NCBI GenBank assembly: GCA_964428505.1 | Contig: CAYRYQ010000005.1 | Coordinates: 1-44,546, forward strand | Direction of reading: 5' to 3' | From: an uncultured Eubacteriales bacterium | GTDB lineage: Bacteria > Bacillota > Clostridia > Oscillospirales > QAKW01 | DNA: 44,546 nucleotides | Shown: positions 7,659-18,241 of the stretch, one piece after another | Position numbering within the stretch: the stretch's first letter is position 1 | How the letters are laid out: every line of letters begins with the position of its first letter | Made by a program: the position numbers and the translations under genes | The notes under the pieces: model-generated | Database searches by the model: none | Seen by the model: only the letters and a program-made list of their open reading frames with translations | What the model was told of the DNA's origin: nothing

Positions 7659-10600
7659 ATGACTATGCAAGGATTATATGAGCGGCAATTTGAGCATGAT
7701 GCCTGTGGAATCGGCGCGATTGTGAGCATCCAGGGAGTAAAAACGCACAAAATCGTGGATCAGGCGCTTCAGGTCGTTGAAAAGCTGGAGCATCGTGCCG
7801 GCAAGGATGCAGACGGAAAAACCGGCGACGGCGTTGGCATCCTGACTCAAATTCCTCACCGCTTTTTTGAAAAAGCCGCCAAGGAGCTTGGCCTGATGTT
7901 AGGCGGAGAGCGGGATTATGGCATCGGCATGTTTTTCTTCCCCGCCAATACATTGGAGCGGCGGCAGGCGCAAAAAATGTTTGAAGTTATTGCTGATAAA
8001 GAGGGGGTTCCCTTTTTGGGCTGGCGCAAAGTGCCGGTGAAAAGCAGTATTTTGGGCAAAAAAGCGCTGGATTGTCAGCCGTGTATTATGCAATGCTTTT
8101 TGAAGCGCCCCGCACAGATTCAAAAGGGGCTGGCTTTTGACCGGAAGCTTTATTGCATCCGGCGGGTTTTTGAGCAAAGCAGTGCCAATACATATGTATG
8201 TTCCCTTTCCTCCCGTACGATCGTGTATAAAGGAATGTTTTTAGTGGATCAGCTCCGGAAGTTTTATGCCGACCTGGAGGATCCTCTTTTTGAGAGCGCC
8301 ATTGCACTGGTGCACTCCCGCTTTTCCACCAATACCAATCCGAGCTGGGAACGGGCGCATCCGAACCGCCTGATTTTGCATAATGGTGAAATCAACACCA
8401 TCCGCGGCAATGCGGACCGGATGCTGGCGCGGGAAGAAACCATGAAAAGCCCGGTGATGGATCAGAATATGGATAAAATCCTGCCGGTCATCAACCATGA
8501 GGGCAGTGACTCCGCCATGCTGGATAACACGCTGGAGTTTTTAACCATGAACGGGCTTCCGCTGCCGCTGGCGGTTATGATCACCATTCCGGAGCCTTGG
8601 CGGAACCATAAGTTCATGAGCCGTGAGAAAAAGGATTTCTATCATTATTATTCGACCATGATGGAGCCTTGGGACGGGCCCGCCGCCATTCTGTTTTCCG
8701 ACGGTGACACGGTTGGCGCGGTGCTGGACCGCAACGGACTGCGGCCCGCACGCTATTACATTACCGATGATGACATGCTGATTCTGGCCTCGGAAGTAGG
8801 CGTGCTGGAGCTGGCACCGGAGCACGTTCTGCAAAAGAGCCGGCTGGAGCCGGGCAAGATGCTGCTGGTAGACACTGTGCAGAAGCGTCTGGTTTCAGAC
8901 GAAGAGTGCAAAGAGTTTTACGCTTCCCGCAAGCCTTACGGGGAATGGCTGGATCAGAATTTAGTCGAGCTTTTCGACCTGAGCGTGCCCAATCAGCGGG
9001 TGGATTCTTATGATCAGCTGACCCGGGACCGGCTCTATAAAGCCTTTGGCTACACTTATGAAGACGTTAAAAACGTGATTATTCCCTTGGCCAAAATCGG
9101 TGCGGAACCCACCGCCTCGATGGGAACCGATATTCCCCTTGCCGTCCTTTCCGAAAAACATCAGCCGCTGTTTAATTACTTTAAGCAATTGTTTGCGCAG
9201 GTAACCAACCCGCCCATCGACGCCATTCGGGAAGAGGTGGTTACCGATACGCATGTTTATGTGGGCTCCGACGGCAACCTGCTGGAAGAGAACGCCGCCA
9301 ACTGCAACGTTCTGGAGATCAAAAATCCCATTATCACAACGCAGGACCTGATGAAGATCCGGGCCATCAAACGGCCGGGCTTCCGGGTGGAGACCGTCTC
9401 TCTTCTCTATTATAAAAATACGCCGCTGAACCGGGCGCTGGAGCAGATGTTTGTGCACTGTGACCGGGCATGGCGGGCAGGCGCCAATATTATCATCCTT
9501 TCCGACCGGGGCGTGGATGAAAACCATGTGGCAATTCCCTCGCTGCTGGCGGTTTCCGCCATGGAGCAGCATTTGGTGCGCACCAAACGGCGGACAGCCA
9601 TTTCCATTATTCTGGAAAGCGGCGAACCCCGTGACGTCCATCATTTTGCCACCCTTCTGGGATACGGCGCCCGGGCGATCAACCCCTATCTTGCGCAGGA
9701 ATGCATTATGGAGCTCATCGACCGCAGCATGCTGGACAAAGATCCCCATGCCGCCATTGACGACTACAATAATGCGATTTTACACGGAATCGTGAAAATC
9801 GCTTCCAAAATGGGCATTTCCACCCTGCAGTCTTATCAATCCTCCCAGATCTTTGAAGCGGTGGGCATCTGTCAGGAAGTCATCGACCGCTATTTCACCA
9901 AAACGGTCAGCCGGGTGGGCGGAATTGGTCTGGATGAAATCAACGAGGGCGTAGAGTGGCGCCATAACCATGCCTTTGATCCGTTGGGTCTTGGTGTGGA
10001 TACCACGCTGGACAGCTTTGGCGCCCACAAATTGCGCGCCGGGGCAGACAAAGAAGACCACATGTATAATCCCGAAACGGTGATCGCCCTCCGGGAGGCC
10101 ACCCAACACGGGAATTATAAGCGGTTCAAGGAATACACCGCCATGGTGGACGATGAGCGCCGCCCCCACACCCTGCGCGGACTGATGGACTTCCATTTTG
10201 CGGAAAACGGCGGAATTCCCCTGTCGGAAGTGGAGCCTGCCGGCGAAATTGTCAAACGGTTCAAAACCGGCGCGATGTCCTACGGTTCCATTTCGCAGGA
10301 GGCCCATGAATGTATGGCGATCGCCATGAACCGTCTGGGCGGCAAATCCAATTCCGGGGAGGGCGGTGAAGTGCCGTCCCGGCTGGGCACCGAAAAGAAC
10401 AGTGCGATCAAGCAGGTAGCCAGCGGCCGTTTCGGTGTGACCAGCGAATATCTGGTCAGCGCCAAAGAAGTGCAGATCAAGATGGCGCAGGGCGCAAAGC
10501 CCGGCGAAGGCGGGCATCTGCCCGGTAAAAAAGTTTATCCGTGGGTGGCGAAAACCCGTCATTCCACCACGGGCGTTTCTTTGATCTCTCCCCCGCCCCA

Positions 10601-12182
10601 TCACGATATCTACTCCATTGAAGATCTGGCCCAGCTGATTTACGATCTAAAAAACGCCAGCCCCAAAGCGCGGATTTCGGTGAAGCTGGTATCCGAAGCG
10701 GGCGTTGGCACCGTAGCGGCCGGCGTGGCAAAAGCCGGCGCGCAGGTCGTGCTGATCTCCGGGTATGACGGCGGAACCGGCGCGGCGCCAATGAGTTCCA
10801 TTTCCGGCGCCGGGCTGCCTTGGGAACTGGGGCTTTCGGAAGCGCACCAGACGCTGATCCAAAACGGTCTGCGCTCCCGCGTGCTGCTGGAAACCGATGG
10901 CAAGCTGATGACCGGAAGAGATGTCGCCATTGCCGCCCTGCTGGGTGCCGATGAATTCGGCTTTGCCACCGCGCCCCTGATCACGATGGGCTGCGTGATG
11001 ATGCGGGTCTGCAATCTGGACACCTGCCCGGTGGGTGTGGCAACCCAGAACCCCACCTTACGCAAACGTTTTTGCGGAAAGCCCGAATATGTGATGAACT
11101 TCATGCTTTATGTGGCGGAAGAGCTTCGGGAGATTATGGCCCGCCTTGGCTTTCGCCGTCTGGATGACATGGTCGGCCACGCCGACCTGCTGACCCCCCG
11201 TGAACACCGGGTTACCTCCCGGGCAGCCTCGTTGGATCTATCCCGGATCCTGGCCTATGACCCTGCGGTTTCGGATGAGGAACGGCATTTTAATCCGGAG
11301 CGGATTTACGATTTCAAGCTGGAAGAGACCATTGATGAGCGGCAGCTGCTGCCCCGTTTCCAACAGGCGGAACAGCACGGACTTCCCGCCCGGATGTCGG
11401 TGGAGTTATCCAGCACCAACCGTACCTTTGGCACCATTCTGGGTGCATATATCACGGAACGCTATAAAAGCAGCCTTGCGGCAGACTCCTTTACGGTGGA
11501 TTGCCGCGGCGGCGGCGGGCAGTCTTTCGGCGCCTTCATTCCGGTAGGGCTCACTCTACGGCTGACCGGCGACAGCAACGACTATTTCGGCAAGGGTCTT
11601 TCCGGCGGCAAGCTGGTGGTCTGCCCGCCGGAAAAAAGCCGGTTCCGTCCGCACGATAATATCATCATCGGCAATGTGGCGCTCTATGGCGCCACCTCCG
11701 GCGAGGCCTATATCAACGGGGTTGCCGGGGAACGCTTTGCGGTGCGCAATTCGGGCGCGACCGCGGTGGTGGAAGGCGTGGGAGACCACGGATGCGAATA
11801 CATGACCGGCGGCCGGATTGTCATTTTAGGCCGCACCGGCAAAAATTTCGCGGCCGGCATGAGCGGCGGCATCGCCTATGTGCTGGACGAAGACCATACC
11901 CTTTATCTCCGCCTCAACAAAGAGCTGGTATCGATGACCGCCGTTACGGAGAAGCATGACGCGGAAGAGCTGCGCCGGATGATCAGCGCCCATGTGGCCG
12001 TCACCGGCTCAGCCATCGGCAAAAAGATTCTGGAGGATTTTGCACAGTATCTGCCCTCCTTTAAGAAAATTATGCCCAACGATTATAACCGGATGCTTTC
12101 TGCGATCGGCCGGATGGAAGAAAAAGGGCTGACCCATGAGCAGGCAGAGCTGGAAGCCTTCATGGAAATCCAGAAAGCATAA
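7659..12182 (+). CDS. gltB: Glutamate synthase large subunit
   Basis: 1507 aa. N-terminal amidotransferase HDACGIGAIV, FMN and 3Fe-4S region (CNLDTCPVGVATQ), and a C-terminal GXGXG beta-helix domain. Confidence 0.97.
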   Translation: MTMQGLYERQFEHDACGIGAIVSIQGVKTHKIVDQALQVVEKLEHRAGKDADGKTGDGVGILTQIPHRFFEKAAKELGLMLGGERDYGIGMFFFPANTLERRQAQKMFEVIADKEGVPFLGWRKVPVKSSILGKKALDCQPCIMQCFLKRPAQIQKGLAFDRKLYCIRRVFEQSSANTYVCSLSSRTIVYKGMFLVDQLRKFYADLEDPLFESAIALVHSRFSTNTNPSWERAHPNRLILHNGEINTIRGNADRMLAREETMKSPVMDQNMDKILPVINHEGSDSAMLDNTLEFLTMNGLPLPLAVMITIPEPWRNHKFMSREKKDFYHYYSTMMEPWDGPAAILFSDGDTVGAVLDRNGLRPARYYITDDDMLILASEVGVLELAPEHVLQKSRLEPGKMLLVDTVQKRLVSDEECKEFYASRKPYGEWLDQNLVELFDLSVPNQRVDSYDQLTRDRLYKAFGYTYEDVKNVIIPLAKIGAEPTASMGTDIPLAVLSEKHQPLFNYFKQLFAQVTNPPIDAIREEVVTDTHVYVGSDGNLLEENAANCNVLEIKNPIITTQDLMKIRAIKRPGFRVETVSLLYYKNTPLNRALEQMFVHCDRAWRAGANIIILSDRGVDENHVAIPSLLAVSAMEQHLVRTKRRTAISIILESGEPRDVHHFATLLGYGARAINPYLAQECIMELIDRSMLDKDPHAAIDDYNNAILHGIVKIASKMGISTLQSYQSSQIFEAVGICQEVIDRYFTKTVSRVGGIGLDEINEGVEWRHNHAFDPLGLGVDTTLDSFGAHKLRAGADKEDHMYNPETVIALREATQHGNYKRFKEYTAMVDDERRPHTLRGLMDFHFAENGGIPLSEVEPAGEIVKRFKTGAMSYGSISQEAHECMAIAMNRLGGKSNSGEGGEVPSRLGTEKNSAIKQVASGRFGVTSEYLVSAKEVQIKMAQGAKPGEGGHLPGKKVYPWVAKTRHSTTGVSLISPPPHHDIYSIEDLAQLIYDLKNASPKARISVKLVSEAGVGTVAAGVAKAGAQVVLISGYDGGTGAAPMSSISGAGLPWELGLSEAHQTLIQNGLRSRVLLETDGKLMTGRDVAIAALLGADEFGFATAPLITMGCVMMRVCNLDTCPVGVATQNPTLRKRFCGKPEYVMNFMLYVAEELREIMARLGFRRLDDMVGHADLLTPREHRVTSRAASLDLSRILAYDPAVSDEERHFNPERIYDFKLEETIDERQLLPRFQQAEQHGLPARMSVELSSTNRTFGTILGAYITERYKSSLAADSFTVDCRGGGGQSFGAFIPVGLTLRLTGDSNDYFGKGLSGGKLVVCPPEKSRFRPHDNIIIGNVALYGATSGEAYINGVAGERFAVRNSGATAVVEGVGDHGCEYMTGGRIVILGRTGKNFAAGMSGGIAYVLDEDHTLYLRLNKELVSMTAVTEKHDAEELRRMISAHVAVTGSAIGKKILEDFAQYLPSFKKIMPNDYNRMLSAIGRMEEKGLTHEQAELEAFMEIQKA

Positions 12183-12200
12183 CGTTAGGAGGAGCGAAAA

Positions 12201-13682
12201 ATGGGAAAACCAACCGGATTTTTAGATTACAGCCGGCAAAACAACCCGGCAATTCCGCCGGAAGAGCGGATTAAGAACTTCAATGAATTTCATCCTCCCA
12301 TCAATGAGGAAGAGCGGCGCGCACAGGGCGCCCGCTGCATGAACTGCGGCGTGCCCTTCTGCCAGTCGGCCATGACGCTCGGCGGCATGGTCAGCGGCTG
12401 TCCGCTGCATAACCTGATTCCCGAATGGAACGACGAAATCTATCTGAACAATTGGGAGCAGGCGCTTCACCGTCTGCTGAAAACGGATAATTTTCCGGAA
12501 TTTACCGGACGGGTATGCCCTGCTCTGTGCGAGGCCGCCTGCACCTGCGGGATGAACGACCTTCCGGTTACCATCCGGGAAAATGAGCAGGCGATCATTG
12601 AGCGCGGTTATCTGAACGGGTGGGTAACTCCCCGCCCGCCCAAGGTGCGTAGCGGCAAGCAGGTGGCGGTGGTCGGCAGCGGCCCCGCCGGTCTTGCGGT
12701 AGCAGACCAGCTGAACCATCGGGGGCATCTGGTGACGGTGTATGAAAAAGAAGACCGGATCGGCGGCCTGCTGATGTATGGCATTCCAAACATGAAGCTG
12801 GAAAAGCAGATTGTGGATCGCCGGGTCAAGCTGATGCAGGAAGAGGGCGTGCGGTTTATGACCGGAACACAGATCGGCAAGGATCTTCCCGCCGAAGAGC
12901 TGCTCAAACAATATGACGCGGTGGTGCTTTGCTGCGGCAGCGGCACGCCCCGGGATCTGCCAGCAGAAGGGCGCGACGCCAAAAATCTCTACTTTGCTGT
13001 GGACTTTCTGAAGAATGTTACCAAAAGCCTGCTGGATCCCGCCGAAAAAGAAAAAGGGATCAGCGCGAAGGGAAAGCGGGTCGTTGTGGTGGGCGGCGGC
13101 GATACCGGGAACGACTGCGTGGGTACCTGCATCCGCCAGGGCGCAAAATCGGTTACCCAGCTGGAAATGATGCCGAAGCCGCCGGAGAAACGCGCGGCAA
13201 ACAATCCTTGGCCGCAATGGCCCCGGGTGCTCAAAACCGATTACGGTCAGGAGGAGGCCATCGCTTGCTTTGGCAAAGACCCCCGCGTGTTTGAAACCAC
13301 TGTCACCAAGTTTTTAAAAGACAGCAAGGGTGCTCTGTGCGGGGTGGAGACCGTATGCCTGCAAATGGAGACCGACAAGGAAGGTCGCCGGAAAATGACG
13401 CCGGTTCCCGGTTCCGAGCAAACACTGAAAGCAGACCTGCTGCTGATTGCCGCCGGATTCTTAGGGCCGGATGCCGATACGCTGAAGGCGTTTGGCGTGG
13501 AAACCAACCCCCGCGGTAACGCAGTCACCAAAGAAGGCCGATATGCCACACCGGTGGAGAAGGTCTTTGCGGCGGGCGATACCCGGCGCGGCCAGTCACT
13601 GGTGGTGTGGGCCATTGCCGAAGGGCGGGCCGCCGCCCGGGAAGTGGACGAATTCCTGATGGGCTACACCAATATGATCTGA
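12201..13682 (+). CDS. gltD: Glutamate synthase small subunit (NADPH)
   Basis: Fe-S cysteines (CMNCGVPFCQ), two dinucleotide folds (VAVVGSGPAGLA; VVVVGGGDTGNDC). RBS AGGAGG. Confidence 0.95.
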   Translation: MGKPTGFLDYSRQNNPAIPPEERIKNFNEFHPPINEEERRAQGARCMNCGVPFCQSAMTLGGMVSGCPLHNLIPEWNDEIYLNNWEQALHRLLKTDNFPEFTGRVCPALCEAACTCGMNDLPVTIRENEQAIIERGYLNGWVTPRPPKVRSGKQVAVVGSGPAGLAVADQLNHRGHLVTVYEKEDRIGGLLMYGIPNMKLEKQIVDRRVKLMQEEGVRFMTGTQIGKDLPAEELLKQYDAVVLCCGSGTPRDLPAEGRDAKNLYFAVDFLKNVTKSLLDPAEKEKGISAKGKRVVVVGGGDTGNDCVGTCIRQGAKSVTQLEMMPKPPEKRAANNPWPQWPRVLKTDYGQEEAIACFGKDPRVFETTVTKFLKDSKGALCGVETVCLQMETDKEGRRKMTPVPGSEQTLKADLLLIAAGFLGPDADTLKAFGVETNPRGNAVTKEGRYATPVEKVFAAGDTRRGQSLVVWAIAEGRAAAREVDEFLMGYTNMI

Positions 13683-13684
13683 AT

Positions 13685-13723
13685 AAAAATTGCGCTGACG
13701 TTTTTCACGTCAGCGCAATTTTT
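13685..13723. terminator. Bidirectional rho-independent terminator between gltD and the convergent membrane-protein gene
   Basis: AAAAATTGCGCTGACG ... CGTCAGCGCAATTTTT: a perfect 12-bp stem flanked by A and T runs. Confidence 0.8.
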
Positions 13724-14450
13724 GTTCCAGAAAAGAAAAACGGACCGGATAAGTAAAGAAGCGGTCCAGCAACCGCCCCGCGGCACCGATCAGCGGCCCG
13801 TTCACCGCCGCCGCGATAATTGTGCCGATGCCGATTCCCTCAAAAATATTGCCCTCCAGCAGGGCCTGTCCCAAAGCGGGGAAAGAAAAGTGTTCAAAAA
13901 GGCCGAACCCAAAAAAGGAGACTGACAAAATCAGGGCCAACAGCAGGCTTCCCCCATCGTAAATCCATTTCATCCGATGAACCGGCAGGCCGGTTTTGGC
14001 CGCCATTTCCTTCACGAACAGCTCATAGACCTCCGTGGGCAGATAGGTGCGGAAAAAAAACGCGACCGAAAAAGCGATCAGCAAGGATCCGCCGACAAAA
14101 TAAAGGGTGCGCAGCCAGAGCGCCCCGGTTGGCAGGTCGCCGGTGCAAAATCGTGCAAAATCAAACAGATAGCCATAAATCACCGCTGTGCCGAAAGAGA
14201 GCAGATACCGCAGCTGAAACCGCTGCAGCAGCACACAGAGAAGCAGCAGTATCATGGCCTGCATGAGATATTCGGCGGTGCCGAAGCTGAGCAAGCCACC
14301 CACTTTTATAAAAACGCAGAAGGTCGGCGCCACAATCATGGAATAGCCGAACGAAGAAAGCCCCACAAACGATACGCCGAAGGCCATCAGAACAAGCCCA
14401 AGCACCCAGCACTCTTCGTTGGAAAGCGCGATCCGGTTGCCTTGTTTCAT
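13710..14450 (-). CDS. Polytopic membrane protein, YczE/DUF6198-like
   Basis: Six or more hydrophobic helices. Start trimmed to MKQGNRIALS (G-rich RBS upstream) so that it does not overlap the upstream gene. Confidence 0.45.
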   Translation of the reverse strand: MKQGNRIALSNEECWVLGLVLMAFGVSFVGLSSFGYSMIVAPTFCVFIKVGGLLSFGTAEYLMQAMILLLLCVLLQRFQLRYLLSFGTAVIYGYLFDFARFCTGDLPTGALWLRTLYFVGGSLLIAFSVAFFFRTYLPTEVYELFVKEMAAKTGLPVHRMKWIYDGGSLLLALILSVSFFGFGLFEHFSFPALGQALLEGNIFEGIGIGTIIAAAVNGPLIGAAGRLLDRFFTYPVRFSFLEQKLR

Positions 14451-14464
14451 GGATAAGCCCCCCC

Positions 14465-15586
14465 TTATGCGCGGAAATACTGATAAAACTGACATTCGAT
14501 CATCCCGTTATAGAGCTTGCGCCGCTTATCCGCCCGACGGCCGAAGAACTGCTCAAAATCCTTCTCCGGCGATATCACATAATAGCGCCAGCCCGGCTGC
14601 TTCAGAAAGACCCTGCCCATCACCTGAATCAGCGCGCGCGCCTGCTGCTGATCCAGCAGCCGCTCTCCATAGGGCGGATTGGTGACCAGCATGCCGCGTG
14701 GGGTTTGCAGCTGAAAATCCTTCACGTCCTGCACCTGAAACGAAAGGCAGTCGGCAACGCCGGCCAGCCTGGCGTGCTCCTTTGCCGCTTTCACCATGTG
14801 CGGATCAATATCACTTCCCACTCCGCGAAACGGAATTTCCTTGGTTTCTCGCGCTTTGGCCGCGCTTCGCCGCTCCTGCCAAAGCGCTTTCGGGAACTGC
14901 GCCCAGCCTTCTGCCGCAAAGCCCCGCAACAGCCCCGGCGCCATTTGCCGGGCCAGCATCGCGCCTTCGATCAGCAGCGTTCCGCTGCCCACGAAAGGAT
15001 CATAAAGCACCGTATCAGGATAGGGCCTTGCCAGCATGACCAACGCCGCGCCCAGGGTTTCCCTGATTGGCGCTGCCTGCGTATCCGGGCGCCAGCCCCG
15101 TTTATGAAGCGCGTTCCCCGAAGTATCGATCATCAGCACCGCCTGATCCTTTAAAATGGCAAAGCGCACACTGTATAGAGCGCCGGTTTCAGGGAAAACA
15201 GAGCGTTTATAACAGCTCTCCAGCCTGCGGGCGATTGCCTTTTTCACAATAGACTGGCAATCGGGCACAGAATGAAGCTGAGAATTCAGGGCGTGCCCCT
15301 TCACCGGAAACCGCCCCTCCTCCGGGATCCACTGTTCCCAAGGCAGCGCACGCACCCCTTCAAACAGCTGATCAAAGGTTTTTGCCTCAAAAGCACCCAG
15401 AACGATCTCCACCCGCTGGCCGCAGCGCAGCCACAAATTGGCGTCCACAATCGTTTCTTTGCTTCCTTCAAAAAACACCCGCCCATTTTCCGCCTGCACC
15501 GACTCCGCGCCAATTTTTTTCAGTTCTTCGGCCACCAAGCCCTCCAGCCCAAACAGGCAGGGCACCAACCCTTTTATCCTTTGCAT
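14465..15586 (-). CDS. THUMP-domain class I SAM-dependent RNA methyltransferase (RlmL/YpsC-like)
   Basis: Motif I DPFVGSGTLLIEGA, motif IV VTNPPYGERL, N-terminal THUMP region. Start set at MQRIKGLVPCLFGLEG, preceded by AGAGGAA. Confidence 0.8.
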   Translation of the reverse strand: MQRIKGLVPCLFGLEGLVAEELKKIGAESVQAENGRVFFEGSKETIVDANLWLRCGQRVEIVLGAFEAKTFDQLFEGVRALPWEQWIPEEGRFPVKGHALNSQLHSVPDCQSIVKKAIARRLESCYKRSVFPETGALYSVRFAILKDQAVLMIDTSGNALHKRGWRPDTQAAPIRETLGAALVMLARPYPDTVLYDPFVGSGTLLIEGAMLARQMAPGLLRGFAAEGWAQFPKALWQERRSAAKARETKEIPFRGVGSDIDPHMVKAAKEHARLAGVADCLSFQVQDVKDFQLQTPRGMLVTNPPYGERLLDQQQARALIQVMGRVFLKQPGWRYYVISPEKDFEQFFGRRADKRRKLYNGMIECQFYQYFRA

Positions 15587-15738
15587 CTGTTTCCTCTTTC
15601 TTTGTTGCCAATTCATTTTTGTTATGCTATACTGGGATGCATTCAGGGCGCTATGCGCCGGTCTGAAAGGCGCCCCGCCGCACCATAACCGCAATGCGGT
15701 TATTATACCACCCTTTCGGCAAAAAGGAAACTGTTTTT

Positions 15739-16611
15739 ATGAAACTTTACTGCTTTTCCGATTACTGCCGATCTGTTTTCGGCGAAAAACTATATAAGCT
15801 TTCCTTAGACGGCGGCTTTACCTGCCCCAATCGCGACGGCGCGGTTTCGTTTGGCGGCTGCTCTTTTTGTGATGGCGGAAGCGGCTATTTCACCGCGCCC
15901 GGCACCATTGAGCAACAGATTGAGCAGCAAAAAAAGCAGCTTTCCAAAAAATATAAGGGTGGCCGTTATATTGCCTATTTTCAAAGCTACAGCGCCACTT
16001 ACCGGCCTGTTTCAGAGCTGGAATGCCTTTATTCCATTCCGCTGAATCGGCCCGAGATCGCGGCTTTGGCGATTGCCACAAGGCCAGACTGTCTGCCGCC
16101 GGAAACGCTGCGGCTGTTGGGCGCCATCAGCCATGTCAAACCATTGATTGTGGAGCTGGGTCTGCAGACCATTCACCAGCAAACCGCCGACGGATTTCAC
16201 CGCGGCTACAAAACGGCCGTTTTCGATCAGGCGGTGCGCGCGCTGAAGGGCGAGCCGATCCATGTGGTAGCGCACCTGATGATCGGGCTGCCCGGCGAGG
16301 GAAAAGAGCAGCTGCTGGCATCTGTCCGCCATCTGAACCGCTTAGGGGTTCACGGCGTGAAATTTCATCTGCTGCATATTTTAAAGGATACAGCCTACGA
16401 AAAAGCCTATGAACAAGGCACCCTGTCGGTTTTATCCATGGAGGAATACGGGGATCTGCTGTGCGCGGCTCTGGCGGTTCTGGACCCCGGGATCGTGGTG
16501 CACCGCATAACCGGCGACGGACCCAAAGACCGCCTGATTGCGCCGCTTTGGAGCACGGATAAAAAAAGAGTTCTGCAATATCTGCGGGACAGGATTTCTG
16601 CCATCGATTGA
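15739..16611 (+). CDS. TIGR01212-family radical SAM protein
   Basis: MKLYCFSDYC...GGFTCPNRDG...GGCSFCDGGSGYF, typical of the YtqA/TIGR01212 family. RBS AAGGAAA. Confidence 0.8.
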   Translation: MKLYCFSDYCRSVFGEKLYKLSLDGGFTCPNRDGAVSFGGCSFCDGGSGYFTAPGTIEQQIEQQKKQLSKKYKGGRYIAYFQSYSATYRPVSELECLYSIPLNRPEIAALAIATRPDCLPPETLRLLGAISHVKPLIVELGLQTIHQQTADGFHRGYKTAVFDQAVRALKGEPIHVVAHLMIGLPGEGKEQLLASVRHLNRLGVHGVKFHLLHILKDTAYEKAYEQGTLSVLSMEEYGDLLCAALAVLDPGIVVHRITGDGPKDRLIAPLWSTDKKRVLQYLRDRISAID

Positions 16612-16693
16612 ATGCGGTGCATCCCCTACAGATCGGCCCTGTTATTTAGGGCCTTCCCTCTTCTCTCCGGCTGCTTTTTGAACTCAATCATGC

Positions 16694-16737
16694 AAAAATC
16701 CCTTGCCCCGGTTTGCAACCCGGGCAAGGGATTTTTT
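16694..16737. terminator. Bidirectional terminator between the radical-SAM gene and glpK
   Basis: AAAAATCCCTTGCCCCGG ... CCCGGGCAAGGGATTTTTT. Confidence 0.75.
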
Positions 16738-16742
16738 AAAAT

Positions 16743-18221
16743 TTAAAAGGCTCTGGCGGCAGCGACCGCCCGATGCCAGCGGGCCATATTGGCTTCCGCC
16801 TGCTGCGGATCAATCTTCGGCACAAAGCGGCTACAGATACTGATTTTTTCCTTTAACGCTTCGCCGGACGGCCAAAATCCGGCTGCCAGCCCCGCCAAAA
16901 AGGCGGCGCCCATTGCGGTCGTCTCACTGATCGTCGGCCGCTCCACCGCCGCCTGCAGCAGATCCGCCTGCACCTGCATCAGCAAAGGATTGGCCGTTGC
17001 GCCCCCATCTACCCGCAGGGTCTGAATTTTCAGCCCGGAATCCCGAAACATGGTTTGCAACACATCGGTGGTCTGGTAAGCAATGGCTTCCAGACAGGCG
17101 CGGATCAGATGATTGCGGCCTGTTCCACGGGTCAGGCCGAAAATCGCGCCCCGGACATCCGGATCCCAATAGGGAGCGCCCATCCCGGAAAAGGCCGGGA
17201 CAACGATCACACCGCCGCTGTCTTGCACCTTTGCCGCAAAATAAGCGCTGTCTGATGATTCCTGCAAAAAGCCCAGTTCGTCCCGCAGCCATTGCACTAC
17301 TGCCCCGCCCACAAACACGCTGCCTTCCAGACAATAGCAGGGATCCCTCGCTAACGTGGCGCCAAGTGTCACAATCAGGCTGCCCGCTTCTTTCGGCGGC
17401 AGCTGCCCCATATTCATCAGCGCAAAACAGCCGGTGCCGTAGGTGGCCTTCAGACTGCCAGGCTCAAACCCACAGTGGCCGAACAGGGCTGCTTGCTGGT
17501 CGCCGGCGATTCCCATGACCGGCACCCTTGCGCCCATCAGCTCCGCCTCTCCAAAAAAGCCACTGGACGGACGCACCTCCGGCAGCATGGATGCGGGAAT
17601 ATCGAACAGCTCCAGCAAATGGGAATCCCAGCATTTGCGGTGAATATCATACAGCATGGTTCTGGAAGCATTGGTATAATCTGTCGCGTGTACCATTCCG
17701 CCGGTCAGCTTCCACAAAAGATAGGTGTCGACTGTGCCGAAAAGCAGCTCCCCGCGCTCTGCGCGCTCTTTGGCCCCCTCCACATGATTTAAAATCCAAT
17801 GAAGCTTGGTCGCGGAAAAATAGGGATCCACTACCAGCCCGGTATGCTCTTTGATATAGGCGCCCTGTTCCTTTTCCAGCTCCCGGCAGAAATCCGCGGT
17901 TCTGCGACATTGCCAAACAATCGCGTTCCAGACCGGCTCTCCGGTGATGCGGTCCCAAACGATCGTGGTTTCCCGCTGATTGGTCATGCCGATGGCCGCG
18001 ACCTGCTCCGGCTTGATATTGGCCGAAAGCAGCGCTTCCATCAGCACCCCGTATTGGGTCACATATAAATCCATCGGGCGCTGTTCCACCCAGCCCGGCT
18101 GCGGGTAAAAAAGCGGTACCTCCTTCTGCGCCACGGACAGCACCATCAGGTCGCGATCAAAAATCATGCAGCGGGAGCTGGTGGTTCCCTGATCCAGCGC
18201 AACCACATATTGAGGTTCCAT
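16743..18221 (-). CDS. glpK: Glycerol kinase
   Basis: MEPQYVVALDQGTTSSRCMIFD..., FGGY-family motifs throughout, 492 aa. Confidence 0.95.
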   Translation of the reverse strand: MEPQYVVALDQGTTSSRCMIFDRDLMVLSVAQKEVPLFYPQPGWVEQRPMDLYVTQYGVLMEALLSANIKPEQVAAIGMTNQRETTIVWDRITGEPVWNAIVWQCRRTADFCRELEKEQGAYIKEHTGLVVDPYFSATKLHWILNHVEGAKERAERGELLFGTVDTYLLWKLTGGMVHATDYTNASRTMLYDIHRKCWDSHLLELFDIPASMLPEVRPSSGFFGEAELMGARVPVMGIAGDQQAALFGHCGFEPGSLKATYGTGCFALMNMGQLPPKEAGSLIVTLGATLARDPCYCLEGSVFVGGAVVQWLRDELGFLQESSDSAYFAAKVQDSGGVIVVPAFSGMGAPYWDPDVRGAIFGLTRGTGRNHLIRACLEAIAYQTTDVLQTMFRDSGLKIQTLRVDGGATANPLLMQVQADLLQAAVERPTISETTAMGAAFLAGLAAGFWPSGEALKEKISICSRFVPKIDPQQAEANMARWHRAVAAARAF

Positions 18222-18241
18222 TTTTCACACCACCATTCAAT

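Noticed and set aside
12222-13217. 331-aa ORF on the minus strand, plus several 60-270 aa ORFs antisense to gltB/gltD (for example 8961-9749 and 9780-10604)
   Set aside because: They lie antisense to well-supported glutamate synthase genes. This is a compositional artefact.
14419-15694. Long N-terminal extension of the THUMP methyltransferase (start 15694) and the many 60-150 aa plus-strand ORFs across it
   Set aside because: The extension has no RBS and is not part of the conserved THUMP N-terminus. The plus-strand ORFs are antisense artefacts.
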